Part shown: piece after piece, positions 28,524 to 39,251 of the stretch
How the letters are laid out: each line of letters begins with the position of its first letter
How positions within the stretch are numbered: the stretch's first letter is position 1
DNA from: Candidatus Shapirobacteria bacterium
GTDB taxonomy: Bacteria > Patescibacteriota > Microgenomatia > UBA12405
Assembly: GCA_022837635.1 (NCBI GenBank)
Contig: JALHFY010000002.1
Coordinates: 69,055 to 133,054 of the forward strand
Direction: 5' to 3'
DNA length: 64,000 nucleotides
Notes under the pieces: model-generated
The model's database searches: none
The model's input: the letters and a program-made list of their open reading frames with translations, nothing else
Told to the model about the DNA's origin: nothing
Made by a program: the position numbers and the translations under genes

Positions 28524-29225
28524 ATGAGTAATGATGCTTTAAGGTACGCCATTAAAGGTAGTACTCAGGATAATTTACCAATTGAGGATATAATTGACGG
28601 AATCGTCATCTTAAAAGATGGTTCAGCTTGTCAGGTTTTACAATTATCTTCAGTTAATTTTGATCTTTTGTCAGAAAGGGAGCAAAAAGCGTTGGTGTTT
28701 GCTTATGGAGGAATTTTGAACTCCTTAAATTTTAATATCCAAATTATTATCAACTCGACCTCTAAAGATATCGGTAATTATATGTCAAACTTGGATGCAG
28801 CCTTGCGAAGACAACCTAATCCAAAACTGAAAGAAAGAATAATTTCTTATCGTAAATTTATTGAAGAAACAGTAAAAAGAAACGATGTGTTGTCTAAAAC
28901 TTTTTACATTGCCATTCCTTTTACCAGCGCTGAAATGGGAATCAAAGGGGCACAAAAACAAATAATGGGGTCACTTAATCCAATTAAAAAGAATACTTCT
29001 CTACCCTTTTCTAAAGAATATATTTTAGAAAAAGCCAAGGCAGCTTTAGGACCAAGACAAGACCATGTGGTCAGGCTTTTTTCTAGATTGGGATTGGAGG
29101 TAAGAGCTTTGGAAACTAAAGAATTGATTGAAATGTTTTATAAACATTACAATGAAGATGATTTTTCTAGTCAAAAATTAAAAAATGTTGATTATACGGC
29201 ACCAGTGGTGACTTCAAAAACATAA
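28524..29225 (+). CDS. T4SS-associated protein (TraC/VirB4 N-terminal-like)
   Basis: STQ..LPIEDI.DG...NFDLLSE.EQ; lies between PrgI and VirB4. Confidence 0.65.
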   Translation: MSNDALRYAIKGSTQDNLPIEDIIDGIVILKDGSACQVLQLSSVNFDLLSEREQKALVFAYGGILNSLNFNIQIIINSTSKDIGNYMSNLDAALRRQPNPKLKERIISYRKFIEETVKRNDVLSKTFYIAIPFTSAEMGIKGAQKQIMGSLNPIKKNTSLPFSKEYILEKAKAALGPRQDHVVRLFSRLGLEVRALETKELIEMFYKHYNEDDFSSQKLKNVDYTAPVVTSKT

Positions 29226-29227
29226 AT

Positions 29228-31579
29228 ATGGGAATATTAGATCAATTTAAGAAGAAACAAGAGGAGGCGAAACCCGTCTCCGCCCCGCCGGAGCGAGATT
29301 TTGGTGTGGCGAAAGAATTTGTGGAAGGACTGGTGTCTATAAAAGATTTGATAGCCCCTTCAGCGATTGAAGTTGATTTTAATCATATTCGAATTGATAA
29401 CAAGTATTACCGAACTTGTTTTGTAGCTGGATATCCGCGAACAGTGGGAATGAACTGGTTATCAACTTTGATTAATTTTGATGCCTCAATGAGAGTGGCG
29501 ATGTATATCTATCCGACCGACGGAAAAGCAGTGTTAGATGACCTGAGAAGGAAAATTACCGAAATGGAGGCGGAAATTAGCACTGATGTACAAAGAGGAC
29601 GACTAATTAATCCTTCAACACAAGCAAAGCTGGAGGATGCTTTGAATTTACAATCAGATTTAGTTAAGGGTGAGGAGAGGTTTTTTCAACTTGGTTTATA
29701 TATGACTATTTCAACCGATACTAAAGAAGAATTAGACAGAGTGACTAAAAATTTGGAGTCAGCGCTGGGAGCGTTGATGATAATTGCTAAAAATACCACT
29801 TTGCAAATGAACGAGGGTTTTGCCACTACCCTACCTTTGTGCTCAGATAGTATAGAAGTCACCAGAAATATGGACACCACATCATTGGCGTCAACCTTTC
29901 CTTTTGTTTCTTCTGATTTATCTGATGACAAAGGAATAATGTATGGAATTAATGAGCATAACGGTTCCTTGGTTATCTTCGATAGATTTTCAATGCAAAA
30001 CTACAACTCGGTAGTATTTGCTTCGGCGGGGGCGGGTAAATCTTACATGATCAAGTTGGAGGCGATGAGGTCGTTGATGATGGGAATAGATATTATTGTG
30101 ATTGATCCGGAAAACGAATACAGAAGTCTAGCTGATTCAGTAGGAGGTCAATATATTGCCTTTGGATATGGTGAAGAGTCGAAGATTAACCCTTTTGACT
30201 TATCACTGGTAGTAGAGGAAGGAGAAAATGCTCTTAATGACAAGGTGTTGACGCTTCATAAGATGTTTAAGATTATGATTGGTGAAATGGACCCGATTGA
30301 AGAGTCGATTTTGGATAAGGCGGTCATGGAAGCTTATCGAGCCAAAGGAATTACCCCGGATTCTGAAACTCAGAATAAAGAAGCACCTTTGATTGAAGAT
30401 TTATACAAAGCTTTGATTGGAATGGAAGAGGAAAAAGCAAAGAGCTTGGCGGCAAGATTGGAAAAATATATTAAAGGTTCTTTTGCGGGAATTTTTAACC
30501 AGAAAACAACAGTTAATTTAACTAACCAGTTTGTAGTCTTTGGAATTAGAAATTTGGAGGAAAGTTTAAGGCCAGTAGCGATGCATATTATTTTGGACTA
30601 TATTTGGACGGTAGTTAAAAAAGAATTAAAAAAGCGGATTTTGGTGGTGGATGAGGCTTGGTATTTAATGCAATATGAAGATTCGGCGGCTTTCTTGAGA
30701 GGAATTGTAAAAAGAGGTCGAAAGTATTATCTGGGAGTAACGACAATTACCCAGGATGTAGATGACTTTCTACAAACAGCTTATGGTAAAGAAATTGTGA
30801 CCAATAGCGCCATTCAAATATTGCTTAAACAACATAGTGCCGCCATAGAATTGATTGGCAAAACTTTTTATTTGTCTGAAGGAGAAAAACAACTACTATT
30901 GTCAGCTGATAAAGGTGAGGGAATATTCTTTGCGGGACAAAACCATGTAGCAATACAGGTAATCGCCTCAAAAGAAGAACATGATTTAATAACTTCAAAT
31001 CCTGAGGATTTATTGAGAAAGAAAATTGCCCAAAAACAGGCGGATTTGGTAAAAGAAAAGTTGCCAATAAACGAAGAAGAGGTAAATCCACCCCCAACCC
31101 CTCCTTTGGAGAAAGGAGGGGAGAGGCCTGACTCCACTAGCTCCGACGTGGCAAGGCCCGCCTCCGTTCAACAAAATAAAAACTTCGGCGTGGCGAAGCC
31201 TGAAGAACAGAAGCCTTTCGTGGTGGAGGTTGAGGAGACCCCAGAACAGAAATTAAAAAAGAGAATTGAGGAAATGGAGGCACAGGAAAAAACAGAGGAG
31301 GCGAAACCCGTCTCCGCCCCGCCGCTGCGGGACTCCGATGTGGCAAGGCCCGCCTCCGAAATGCCGAAATCTCAAGAATTGTTTAAGGCTGGGACATCAA
31401 CAGCTAAAAAACCGGTGTTTTTAATCAACCAACAAGAAGAGGTAAAAATTCCTCAACCACCACAGTTGGTAAAGAAACCCGTCTCCGCCCCGCCGGAGCG
31501 GGGCTCCGATGTGGCAAGGCCTGAAGATAAGAATAAATTAACCTACGAAGAATTGTTCGGAAATGATAAACAAGTTTAG
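29228..31579 (+). CDS. VirB4-like type IV secretion ATPase
   Basis: Walker A ASAGAGKS, IDPENEY, VVDEAW, RGRKY and TQDV motifs. Repeat-derived N- and C-terminal extensions. Confidence 0.9.
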   Translation: MGILDQFKKKQEEAKPVSAPPERDFGVAKEFVEGLVSIKDLIAPSAIEVDFNHIRIDNKYYRTCFVAGYPRTVGMNWLSTLINFDASMRVAMYIYPTDGKAVLDDLRRKITEMEAEISTDVQRGRLINPSTQAKLEDALNLQSDLVKGEERFFQLGLYMTISTDTKEELDRVTKNLESALGALMIIAKNTTLQMNEGFATTLPLCSDSIEVTRNMDTTSLASTFPFVSSDLSDDKGIMYGINEHNGSLVIFDRFSMQNYNSVVFASAGAGKSYMIKLEAMRSLMMGIDIIVIDPENEYRSLADSVGGQYIAFGYGEESKINPFDLSLVVEEGENALNDKVLTLHKMFKIMIGEMDPIEESILDKAVMEAYRAKGITPDSETQNKEAPLIEDLYKALIGMEEEKAKSLAARLEKYIKGSFAGIFNQKTTVNLTNQFVVFGIRNLEESLRPVAMHIILDYIWTVVKKELKKRILVVDEAWYLMQYEDSAAFLRGIVKRGRKYYLGVTTITQDVDDFLQTAYGKEIVTNSAIQILLKQHSAAIELIGKTFYLSEGEKQLLLSADKGEGIFFAGQNHVAIQVIASKEEHDLITSNPEDLLRKKIAQKQADLVKEKLPINEEEVNPPPTPPLEKGGERPDSTSSDVARPASVQQNKNFGVAKPEEQKPFVVEVEETPEQKLKKRIEEMEAQEKTEEAKPVSAPPLRDSDVARPASEMPKSQELFKAGTSTAKKPVFLINQQEEVKIPQPPQLVKKPVSAPPERGSDVARPEDKNKLTYEELFGNDKQV

Positions 31580-31593
31580 GATATAATTTTCCT

Positions 31594-34500
31594 ATGGCTG
31601 AGTTGTTTTTGAATATTAATACCCTGGTTTTGGCACTAAAAGGATTAAAAGAGAAGAGTTTGTTAGAAGATAGAGATTTGTATGATGAAACCCGAGAAGT
31701 TTTTAGAAAATTAAACTTATTAAGTGATTTTAACGAGAAAGATCTTCAAAAGATTATTCAAAAATTGGAGGCTTTACCTCCAGAAATAAAAGAAAAAGAT
31801 TTAAGGGAATTAGAGGGCGGGCAAGAAAAGAAGTTGGAAAGTGATCTTAGTCAAAAGAAACTGGAAGAGTTGATTGAAACTTACGAAAAATCTCAAGATA
31901 GCAAAGAAAAGGAGAAGATATCTCGTGAGATTTATTTGAGAACTGGCGAAAAAGATGTGGCTCTGTTTATAGAGAAGCAAAGAGAGTTGGCGGCAGAAAA
32001 ACTCAGCTCTGTCTCAACAGAAAAGGATTTTGAGATGGTAAAGCGAACCTATAGACAGGAAGGAACAATAGAAATTCAAGTAAAACTTGAAAAAGAAATA
32101 AAAACTGAAAGTGAAGAATTAGAAGCAAGAATAAAAGAGGAAAAAACTAAACAGGTAGTGAAAGAGGCAACAAAAAGTGAGAATTTTAATGAAAAAATAT
32201 TAGTAGAAACACTAAAGAGAAATTTAATAGATCCAAAAGAAATAAAAAAAGTAGTGGCGGAGGTTAAGAAAATCAGAAAAGAAAAAGAGAAAACTGAAAA
32301 AATAAACACAGAAATAAAAAAAGCGATTTATGAAGAAAAAAATGATTTAAGGAAAAAATTAGAAGAAAAATACGAGAAAAACAGTAATGAAATACAAGAA
32401 ATTTTAAGAAAAGTAGATCAAGTTAAGGCGGAAATAAAAGTAGAAGCCGAAGCAAAGAAAATTGTAGAAAAAGTTTTTGAAAAATTAAAAGAAGAATCTC
32501 TGCCTATAAACGAGAATTCTCAACTGGAATTAAAACAGGCAATTTTGAATTCCTGGGAAAACAACGAAAAATTGGTATTACCAAAAGAAATAGAGGGATT
32601 GACTAATAAAACAACAGTAGTAAGGGAGTTGTTGGTATCAGTGGATAAGTTCAAAAAAGAGGAACTAGTAACAATAATAAATTTCAGGGCTAGTAAACTT
32701 GAAGAAAAAGTAACTAGATCTTTAAGGGAATCAGGAGTTCAAAACGAAGAGTTGATTGCAGAATATACGGCTGTTTTAAGTGAATTCTATAACGACTCTA
32801 ATAGTTTGGTCGCAGAAATTAATATAGACGAATCTGTTAATTTTGTAAGATCGATGGTACCTCAAGCCAGTTTATGGCAAGCAGAAGAAAGTGTTCGAGA
32901 AGCTCAGTTTTTAGCAAAAAATTTAGTTAAGTCTCCAAAAAGATTTAATACACTTCTAAACAGATATAACTTGGTTCGTGACAAAATTGGAATAGAAAAT
33001 TTACCTAAAGTGGAAGAAGCTAGAGTAACAGAAAAAATCACTAATTTTTTATCTAAGAGTCCTCAAACATTAAAGCTTTTAGGTCGTGCTCAAAGGATTG
33101 GGAGCGTGGTAGCTCAAATACAAGGTTTTCCAAAAACCTTGTTCTTAAAAGGAACAGAAAAAGTGTCGGGCTTTGTTTTTGAAAAAATAGGTAATCAAGC
33201 AATGGCCTCTTTTGTCCAAAATTCGGCGGCAGTAATTGCCAAAGAAGGAAGCACAAAAGGAATTACTTTGATTTTAAAATCGGTTTTAAGTAAAGGGGCA
33301 GTGGTGGCTGGAGAAACTGCAGCTGGAGGCGCGGCTGGTGGTGGAGCTTTAGCAGGAGCAGTAGCTGCTTTTCAGGCGTTACCAGTAGTAGGTCAAGTAA
33401 TTGCTGTAGTAACTTTGGTGGTAACAGCAGTAGTTGTAGTAGCGAAGTCGGTTATTAAAACATTAAAGGGTTTGGTAGAAAAAATTCTGGGGACAAAACT
33501 AAATCAGATTCAGAGGTTTCTGTCGGAAGATTTAGGTTTAGGAAAGTTTGCTGGAAAAGTAGGTCAATTTCTTTTTGATCTCTGGGTGTTTTTGGTGGGA
33601 ATACCAAAAATGCTAAGACTATTAAAAACTGGTGCAGTTGTATCTCCAGTAATCGGTTTTTTCTTTATTGGTACTTTTGCGTATACTTTGTTTCAACACC
33701 AACAGGTTTCATCAATAGTACCACCAACTGATTTAAGTGGATGTATCTTGAAGAGAGGAAGTGGTCCCGGAGGGACGGCTCAAATTGGAGAGGTAAACTG
33801 TGATCCTAATGCTCCAGAAAATGAAGTGCCTGGTTTAAGAGGAGGTAAAGCTAATTATGTCCGAATTGCTAATCAATGGTGGTCGGGAAAGAATTATGCA
33901 GAGGAATGTTTTAATGATGTAGTTAACAGATCTTTGTGTGCCGGTATTAATCCTTTGTATTCTCTGTGGGCTTGGGTCCATGAGTCAGGAGCAAGTAATT
34001 ATGACCATGGTAATGTTCAGGATTTTGGGATAAACGACAGTTCAATTGAAAATAATTTTGATGCTCAAATTAAAATTTTTTTGAACCTAGATCCAGCTAG
34101 TGCTTGTGATTTAAGCGACCCTAAATTAAGTGGTCCGGATGGTTATTGGTTGGCCTGGGCATCTCGTTATTTAACAGGTCAATGTGATCCGGATGTAGGT
34201 CAAGCACAGACCGGGAATACAGGAAGAGAGTATTTTAATGATATGAAAAACAAAACCTGGGATTGGATAGCTAGTGTGCCAATTCCAAAAGATATTTATG
34301 TGGAAAAAGGTGGAAAAAATTGTGAACAGGCGGGAGCACCTTTGGCTCTAACTGGACCAACTAAAGAAATTATTGGAGACGATGGTCAAGTCTATATATG
34401 TAGTACTGGTGGAAGCGGAGGACCATCAATGATTAGTCCAGGAGGAGCGCCAGTAGCCGGTTCTATTACTCAATGCCCCTTTGACTCTTTTAGTCACGGG

Positions 34501-34851
34501 AATTCTTGGGCAATTGACTGGGGAGCACCCTTTGGAACACCGATTTATTCAACCTTTTCCGGTATAGCGCGATTGGGAGAAGGAAATGGTTACGGATTTT
34601 ATGTGGATATACACAGTAACTATAATGGGGATGATTTTTTTATCCGTTATGCGCATATGCCTCCAGGTGGATACACTGTTGGAGACGGTGAAGCGGTGGC
34701 GGCAGGTCAACAGATTGGAATAGTGGATAATACCGGTTTTTCTACAGGGAATCATTTGCATTATCAAGTATTTGGGGCCAATATTGATTGGGATAATGCT
34801 GGACCTTATTTTGGTTTAACCCAAGAGGAATTTAACAGTGCCTGTCGATAA
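31594..34851 (+). CDS. Large coiled-coil membrane protein with C-terminal M23 peptidase
   Basis: H...AID...G.PI, YAH and TG.STGNHLH M23 motifs; Lys/Glu-rich N-terminus and TM segments. Confidence 0.8.
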   Translation: MAELFLNINTLVLALKGLKEKSLLEDRDLYDETREVFRKLNLLSDFNEKDLQKIIQKLEALPPEIKEKDLRELEGGQEKKLESDLSQKKLEELIETYEKSQDSKEKEKISREIYLRTGEKDVALFIEKQRELAAEKLSSVSTEKDFEMVKRTYRQEGTIEIQVKLEKEIKTESEELEARIKEEKTKQVVKEATKSENFNEKILVETLKRNLIDPKEIKKVVAEVKKIRKEKEKTEKINTEIKKAIYEEKNDLRKKLEEKYEKNSNEIQEILRKVDQVKAEIKVEAEAKKIVEKVFEKLKEESLPINENSQLELKQAILNSWENNEKLVLPKEIEGLTNKTTVVRELLVSVDKFKKEELVTIINFRASKLEEKVTRSLRESGVQNEELIAEYTAVLSEFYNDSNSLVAEINIDESVNFVRSMVPQASLWQAEESVREAQFLAKNLVKSPKRFNTLLNRYNLVRDKIGIENLPKVEEARVTEKITNFLSKSPQTLKLLGRAQRIGSVVAQIQGFPKTLFLKGTEKVSGFVFEKIGNQAMASFVQNSAAVIAKEGSTKGITLILKSVLSKGAVVAGETAAGGAAGGGALAGAVAAFQALPVVGQVIAVVTLVVTAVVVVAKSVIKTLKGLVEKILGTKLNQIQRFLSEDLGLGKFAGKVGQFLFDLWVFLVGIPKMLRLLKTGAVVSPVIGFFFIGTFAYTLFQHQQVSSIVPPTDLSGCILKRGSGPGGTAQIGEVNCDPNAPENEVPGLRGGKANYVRIANQWWSGKNYAEECFNDVVNRSLCAGINPLYSLWAWVHESGASNYDHGNVQDFGINDSSIENNFDAQIKIFLNLDPASACDLSDPKLSGPDGYWLAWASRYLTGQCDPDVGQAQTGNTGREYFNDMKNKTWDWIASVPIPKDIYVEKGGKNCEQAGAPLALTGPTKEIIGDDGQVYICSTGGSGGPSMISPGGAPVAGSITQCPFDSFSHGNSWAIDWGAPFGTPIYSTFSGIARLGEGNGYGFYVDIHSNYNGDDFFIRYAHMPPGGYTVGDGEAVAAGQQIGIVDNTGFSTGNHLHYQVFGANIDWDNAGPYFGLTQEEFNSACR

Positions 34852-34867
34852 CAGGTTAAAATAAATT

Positions 34868-35779
34868 ATGATTAAAAAATATTGGTGGATATTTTTAATA
34901 ATTTTATTTTCAGGAATTTTTTTAACTTTAACTAAACCTAAAAAAAAGGAAGAAAGTGTAAAAACAACCACACTTATATCTGACTTTCGTAAAGTTGATG
35001 AGATATATCCAGAGACTTTAAGACAGGTTGGAGGAGTTAACTGGAATCCAGAGATCAAAGATGCTTTTCCTAGAGAAATAAAAAAAGTAACTATCAGAAA
35101 AAAAATAATTGATGAAGAAAGAGAAAAAGAAATAATAAATTATTTAGGAATTAGTCCACAAAATGGTTATGTACAAAAAGATTTTAACTATGTTCAATTT
35201 ACAAATATGCCGGAAAATGTGGCATCTTTACCAGTAGCAATTACTTGGGATATAAATGGAAACCAAAATAAAGTGAGAAAAATTATTGGAGATTTGAATC
35301 AAGAAAAAGATATAGAAATAAATTGGGCTAAGCCAGTGTACCGAAAATATACACAACCCTACATGACAGAAACACTCCAAGATCAGGCTCAATTTTTAGA
35401 GATTAGTGGTGATTATGTGTTGAATGGGAGGAAATTAACCACTTTTCACGGGGAGAGTTTTAATGCTTATTTTGATGATCGAGGGAATTTATTGAAATTA
35501 TCGGTGTATTTAAAACCAGAAATAATTGAAAAAGATGAGTTATGGTCAATTTTAAGTTTAGAAGAAGCTAAAAGAAGTCCAGCTAGAAATTATCGGGCTG
35601 GAGTTAATGACTTGTTTGAAGATATAAATAAAGTTAATGTGACTCAAACTGAACTGGTGGTAATTTTTGACAACACTAGAGAAAGTATCGCTCCCTTTTT
35701 TTTATTGGAAGGCAACACTATCTCTCAACACGAACAGAAACCGGTTAATATAACAGTTCTTTTAGGGGCGGAAAAATGA
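34868..35779 (+). CDS. Hypothetical membrane-anchored protein
   Basis: N-terminal TM or signal sequence; long ORF within the operon. Confidence 0.6.
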   Translation: MIKKYWWIFLIILFSGIFLTLTKPKKKEESVKTTTLISDFRKVDEIYPETLRQVGGVNWNPEIKDAFPREIKKVTIRKKIIDEEREKEIINYLGISPQNGYVQKDFNYVQFTNMPENVASLPVAITWDINGNQNKVRKIIGDLNQEKDIEINWAKPVYRKYTQPYMTETLQDQAQFLEISGDYVLNGRKLTTFHGESFNAYFDDRGNLLKLSVYLKPEIIEKDELWSILSLEEAKRSPARNYRAGVNDLFEDINKVNVTQTELVVIFDNTRESIAPFFLLEGNTISQHEQKPVNITVLLGAEK

Positions 35780-36138
35780 AAAAGAAAAATTTTTTTGAAT
35801 ACCCTTTAATAATTTTTTTAATAGTTTTAGGAATACTAATGGCAATAGTGAAATGGCAATATAGAAATGTGGTTTGGGAAGATGTTAGACCGACAGTAAT
35901 AGTGACTCCTAGCCCAACCATTGCCCCGCAAATCAACGAGGAATACCCTTTGTGGGAGAAACTACCATATCGAGGTGAGGGTTATGTTGTAGAGCGTTAT
36001 ACGGAGCCTGGGACTCTAATGGTGAGAATAAACAAAAAAACAGATACAGAGATTATTACTCAAGCAATTTATGAATGGATGAGAGAGTATCAAGTAGCAA
36101 CAGAAAGTCAGAAATTGATTTTTGAAAAATCAGACTAA
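35776..36138 (+). CDS. Hypothetical membrane-anchored protein
   Basis: N-terminal TM helix, Pro/Thr linker and YPL...LPY motif. Confidence 0.6.
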   Translation: MKKKNFFEYPLIIFLIVLGILMAIVKWQYRNVVWEDVRPTVIVTPSPTIAPQINEEYPLWEKLPYRGEGYVVERYTEPGTLMVRINKKTDTEIITQAIYEWMREYQVATESQKLIFEKSD

Positions 36139-37253
36139 TCTTGAATTCGGACAGGCATGATAATATGGGTCAGATCAGGATCGGTTTGGTCACGAAAAAT
36201 TCCAGGAGAGAGAGCTTCGTTTAATTCGATAATAATTTCTTCACCCTGACAAATAGTTAAAAAATCAGAAACAAAACGGTAATTAAAGGCAATTTCTAGA
36301 GTTTCACCTTCAACTTTAGCTTCCAAAGAGACTCGGTTTTGGCCAATTTGAGGAGCATTAGCGGAGAGTTCAAGAGAATCTTTTTTAACAGTAAATTTAA
36401 CTACATTAGCTGATTCTCGAGCAAATACAGAACTTTGACGAATAGCTTGGGCAAATTCTTCTTTGTTAAGATAAATTTTAGTAACTGACTCTTGAGGAAT
36501 AATTCTTTCAAAATCAGGGAACTCACCATCAATTAAACGAGAAACAATTTCCGAATTTTCAAGAACAAAAACTACTTGATGCGAATCTTTAGTTAGACCA
36601 ATTTTAATCTTGCCATTACCTTTGGCTAATTTAACCACTTCTGAAAGAGATCGGGCGGGAATAAGTAAATTAACAGCTTCACTATCTAGGTTTAAGGGGG
36701 TAGTTAATTTAATGGTTTTCAAAGAAAGTCTAAAACCGTCAGTGGCCACTAAACGGAGTTCATTGGTAGTAAAAGTACATAAAATAGCAGTAAGGATTGG
36801 ACGAGAATCGTCGGTAGCAGCAGCAAAGGCGACTTCATTAATAGCTTGAGTTAATAGAGAAAGATCGATTTCTAAGGCAGTTTTTTCATCAAGACTGGGA
36901 ATGACAGGAAAATCAGTGGCCGGTAGACAAGCAAAATTAGACTCGGTTTTGTCTGAAGTTAAAGTTAAAAGAGTTTTGTCTTTTAAGGTAAAGTCTAATT
37001 TACCAGCAGGTAAATAGGAAACAAATTCAGTAATTTCTTTGGCTGGTAGACAAAAAGAACCTTCAGTTTCGATTTTGGCACCTAACCAATAATTGATACC
37101 TAATTCTAAATTAGTAGCAGAAAGTTTAAGTCGACCTTGGTCAGTGGTAAATAAAATATGACTAAGAACAGGTAATTGAATTTTAGAAGCTACGAAACGA
37201 GAGGTATCAGACAGAGCTTGAGAAAGATTTTCACTTAAAAGGGATAACTTCAT
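36135..37253 (-). CDS. dnaN: DNA polymerase III beta clamp
   Basis: ATNLE, SRPILT, ATDGFRLS, SRLIDGEFPDF and IIMPVR motifs. Confidence 0.95.
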   Translation of the reverse strand: MKLSLLSENLSQALSDTSRFVASKIQLPVLSHILFTTDQGRLKLSATNLELGINYWLGAKIETEGSFCLPAKEITEFVSYLPAGKLDFTLKDKTLLTLTSDKTESNFACLPATDFPVIPSLDEKTALEIDLSLLTQAINEVAFAAATDDSRPILTAILCTFTTNELRLVATDGFRLSLKTIKLTTPLNLDSEAVNLLIPARSLSEVVKLAKGNGKIKIGLTKDSHQVVFVLENSEIVSRLIDGEFPDFERIIPQESVTKIYLNKEEFAQAIRQSSVFARESANVVKFTVKKDSLELSANAPQIGQNRVSLEAKVEGETLEIAFNYRFVSDFLTICQGEEIIIELNEALSPGIFRDQTDPDLTHIIMPVRIQD

Positions 37254-37460
37254 TGACCTATATCTTAACAGATTTTAGGTATAGAAAACAGTAGTTTTAG
37301 TATTAGGTAAAGTGGAATAGTGGAATAAAGGAGAAGATTAGTAGATAAATAGATAAATAGTGAGTAAAAGAAATTGTGGATTGATAGATATAGGCGGGAG
37401 GTTATTGTAAAGATAGTTTTTATGACCTATAAAAAGTAGTTGTTTTTTGGGTTTGTTTCG

Positions 37461-37524
37461 GTGGAAAAGTGAGAGGAAAAATGTGGAAAAGAAAGTGGAA
37501 AAGTGAGAGGAAAAATGTGGAAAA
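37461..37524. repeat. 30-bp perfect direct repeat (x2) carrying DnaA-box-like TTTTCCACA between dnaA and dnaN
   Basis: GTGGAAAAGTGAGAGGAAAAATGTGGAAAA at 37461 and 37495. Confidence 0.85.
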
Positions 37525-37526
37525 AA

Positions 37527-38888
37527 TTAGAGTGAATTTTTGATTTGGTTGATAACTTGAGAAAGTTGTGGAAAAGTTTGAAGGTCGGCAGTAATTTTAT
37601 CTCGAGCATGCATAATACTAGTATGATCTCGACCACCTAAGAGATTACCAACTTCTTTTAAGGGAAGGTTGAGTTCGGTTAAAAGCAGGTAAGCGGTGAT
37701 ATGGCGAGCGTTAGCAATGTCTTTTTTACGAGAAGGACCGGTTAATTCTCCAGTTTTTAGATTAAAAAATTTAGCACAAACAGAAATGAGGTGGCGAGCA
37801 TTAACTTTGGAAGAAGGAGAAGAAAAGGCGGCACTAGTGGGACTACCTGGGTTACCTAAAAAATGACTAACAAAATCAACATCGACTAGTTTATGGTTTT
37901 GAGCTAAGCTGATAACAGAAATGTCTTGAATTTTGCCTTCAATATCACGAATATTGGAATTGAGATTATCGGCTAAAAATTGAACTGCTTCAAAAGTGAG
38001 GTCTATCCCCCGCTCTTGAGCCTTTTGTTGAATAATAGCCGAGCGCATTTCCAAATCAGGGGGTTGAATATCAACAGTTAAACCACCCATAAAACGAGAG
38101 ACTAGACGGTCTTCAAGATCTTTAATATCACTGGGTTTGCGATCAGAGGTAAGAATGATTTGTTTGCCAGCTAAATGCAAAGCGTTAAAAGTATGGAAAA
38201 ATTCTTCTTGAATATATTCTTTACCAGCTAAGAATTGGACATCATCGACTAAGATACAATCAAGTTGACGGTATTTATTTTTAAATTGAGCGATAGATTT
38301 ACTTTTAAGGGAGGTAATTAATTCATTACCAAAGGTTTCAGCAGGAAAATACTTAATTTTGAATTCAGGATTATTTTTTAAGAGTTCGTGGCCGACGGCT
38401 TGCATGAGATGGGTTTTGCCAACACCAACTCCACCCCAAAGAAAGAAAGGGTTATAGGAAAGACCGGGATTTTTAAGAATACCTTGGGCAGCAGCATAGG
38501 CAAAATTATTACTGTTACCAACAATAAGATTGTCAAAAGTATAACGAGGGTGAAGACCAGCATTACTAAAAGAAATAGTAGAAACTTTAGGTTGATAGGA
38601 AAAAAGAGGAGTAGAGGCAGTAGAAGGAGTATCTGGGTTGATGATATCTTGAACCACAAAATGAAGAGAGTTACTGCTTTTAGTTTGATTATCAAGGGCG
38701 TTTTTGAAAAGCTGATAATAACGTTTTTGATTAAGATCGCAAAGATAGGAGCTGGTACAGGCGATGGTGGCTTGATGATCAACTAAAGAAATTAACTGGG
38801 TTTTGACGACAAAGGTTTGATAAACAGCGGGAGCCAAGACAATCCGAAGTTCTTCTTGAGTGTTTTTCCAAAGTTGAGCTAAATCCAT
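37527..38888 (-). CDS. dnaA: Chromosomal replication initiator DnaA
   Basis: YNPFFLWGGVGVGKTHL, DDVQF, QEEFFHTFN and GGRDHTSIMH motifs. Confidence 0.97.
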   Translation of the reverse strand: MDLAQLWKNTQEELRIVLAPAVYQTFVVKTQLISLVDHQATIACTSSYLCDLNQKRYYQLFKNALDNQTKSSNSLHFVVQDIINPDTPSTASTPLFSYQPKVSTISFSNAGLHPRYTFDNLIVGNSNNFAYAAAQGILKNPGLSYNPFFLWGGVGVGKTHLMQAVGHELLKNNPEFKIKYFPAETFGNELITSLKSKSIAQFKNKYRQLDCILVDDVQFLAGKEYIQEEFFHTFNALHLAGKQIILTSDRKPSDIKDLEDRLVSRFMGGLTVDIQPPDLEMRSAIIQQKAQERGIDLTFEAVQFLADNLNSNIRDIEGKIQDISVISLAQNHKLVDVDFVSHFLGNPGSPTSAAFSSPSSKVNARHLISVCAKFFNLKTGELTGPSRKKDIANARHITAYLLLTELNLPLKEVGNLLGGRDHTSIMHARDKITADLQTFPQLSQVINQIKNSL

Positions 38889-39012
38889 AAGAACTCTCCT
38901 TCAACCTCGCTTTTAACAAGAAAGGGTATAGAAAATTTTATTAAGGTTTTTTCTGTCATTTTTACCTAAAATTAGGCAAGAATAATATCCGGCAGGAAAA
39001 AGTGAGGCGGGC

Positions 39013-39044
39013 TTATCCACATAATGATAAAGTAGTTTTCCACA
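39013..39044 (+). promoter_or_regulatory. DnaA boxes upstream of dnaA (oriC region)
   Basis: TTATCCACA at 39013-39021 and TTTTCCACA at 39036-39044. Confidence 0.75.
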
Positions 39045-39092
39045 ATTTGGAATGGGTCAAATAATTAAAGGTAGGTGTGGTAAAATTTCTAC

Positions 39093-39242
39093 ATGAAACA
39101 AAAGAGAACTTATCAACCAAAAACAAAAAAGAGAGCCAGAGTTCATGGTTTTTTGAAAAGAATGAGTACGGCTTTGGGTCGAAAAGTGATTAAAAAAAGA
39201 CGAGCTAAGGGCAGAAGAAGATTGACGGTGGAATCAAAATAG
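39093..39242 (+). CDS. rpmH: 50S ribosomal protein L34 (not in ORF track)
   Basis: [49 protein letters not shown]. Confidence 0.97.
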   Translation: MKQKRTYQPKTKKRARVHGFLKRMSTALGRKVIKKRRAKGRRRLTVESK

Positions 39243-39251
39243 AAACTAGTT

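Noticed and set aside
27565-36138. Integrative conjugative element
   Set aside because: No relaxase, integrase or att sites are seen. The block abuts dnaN and resembles the resident CPR T4SS-like locus.
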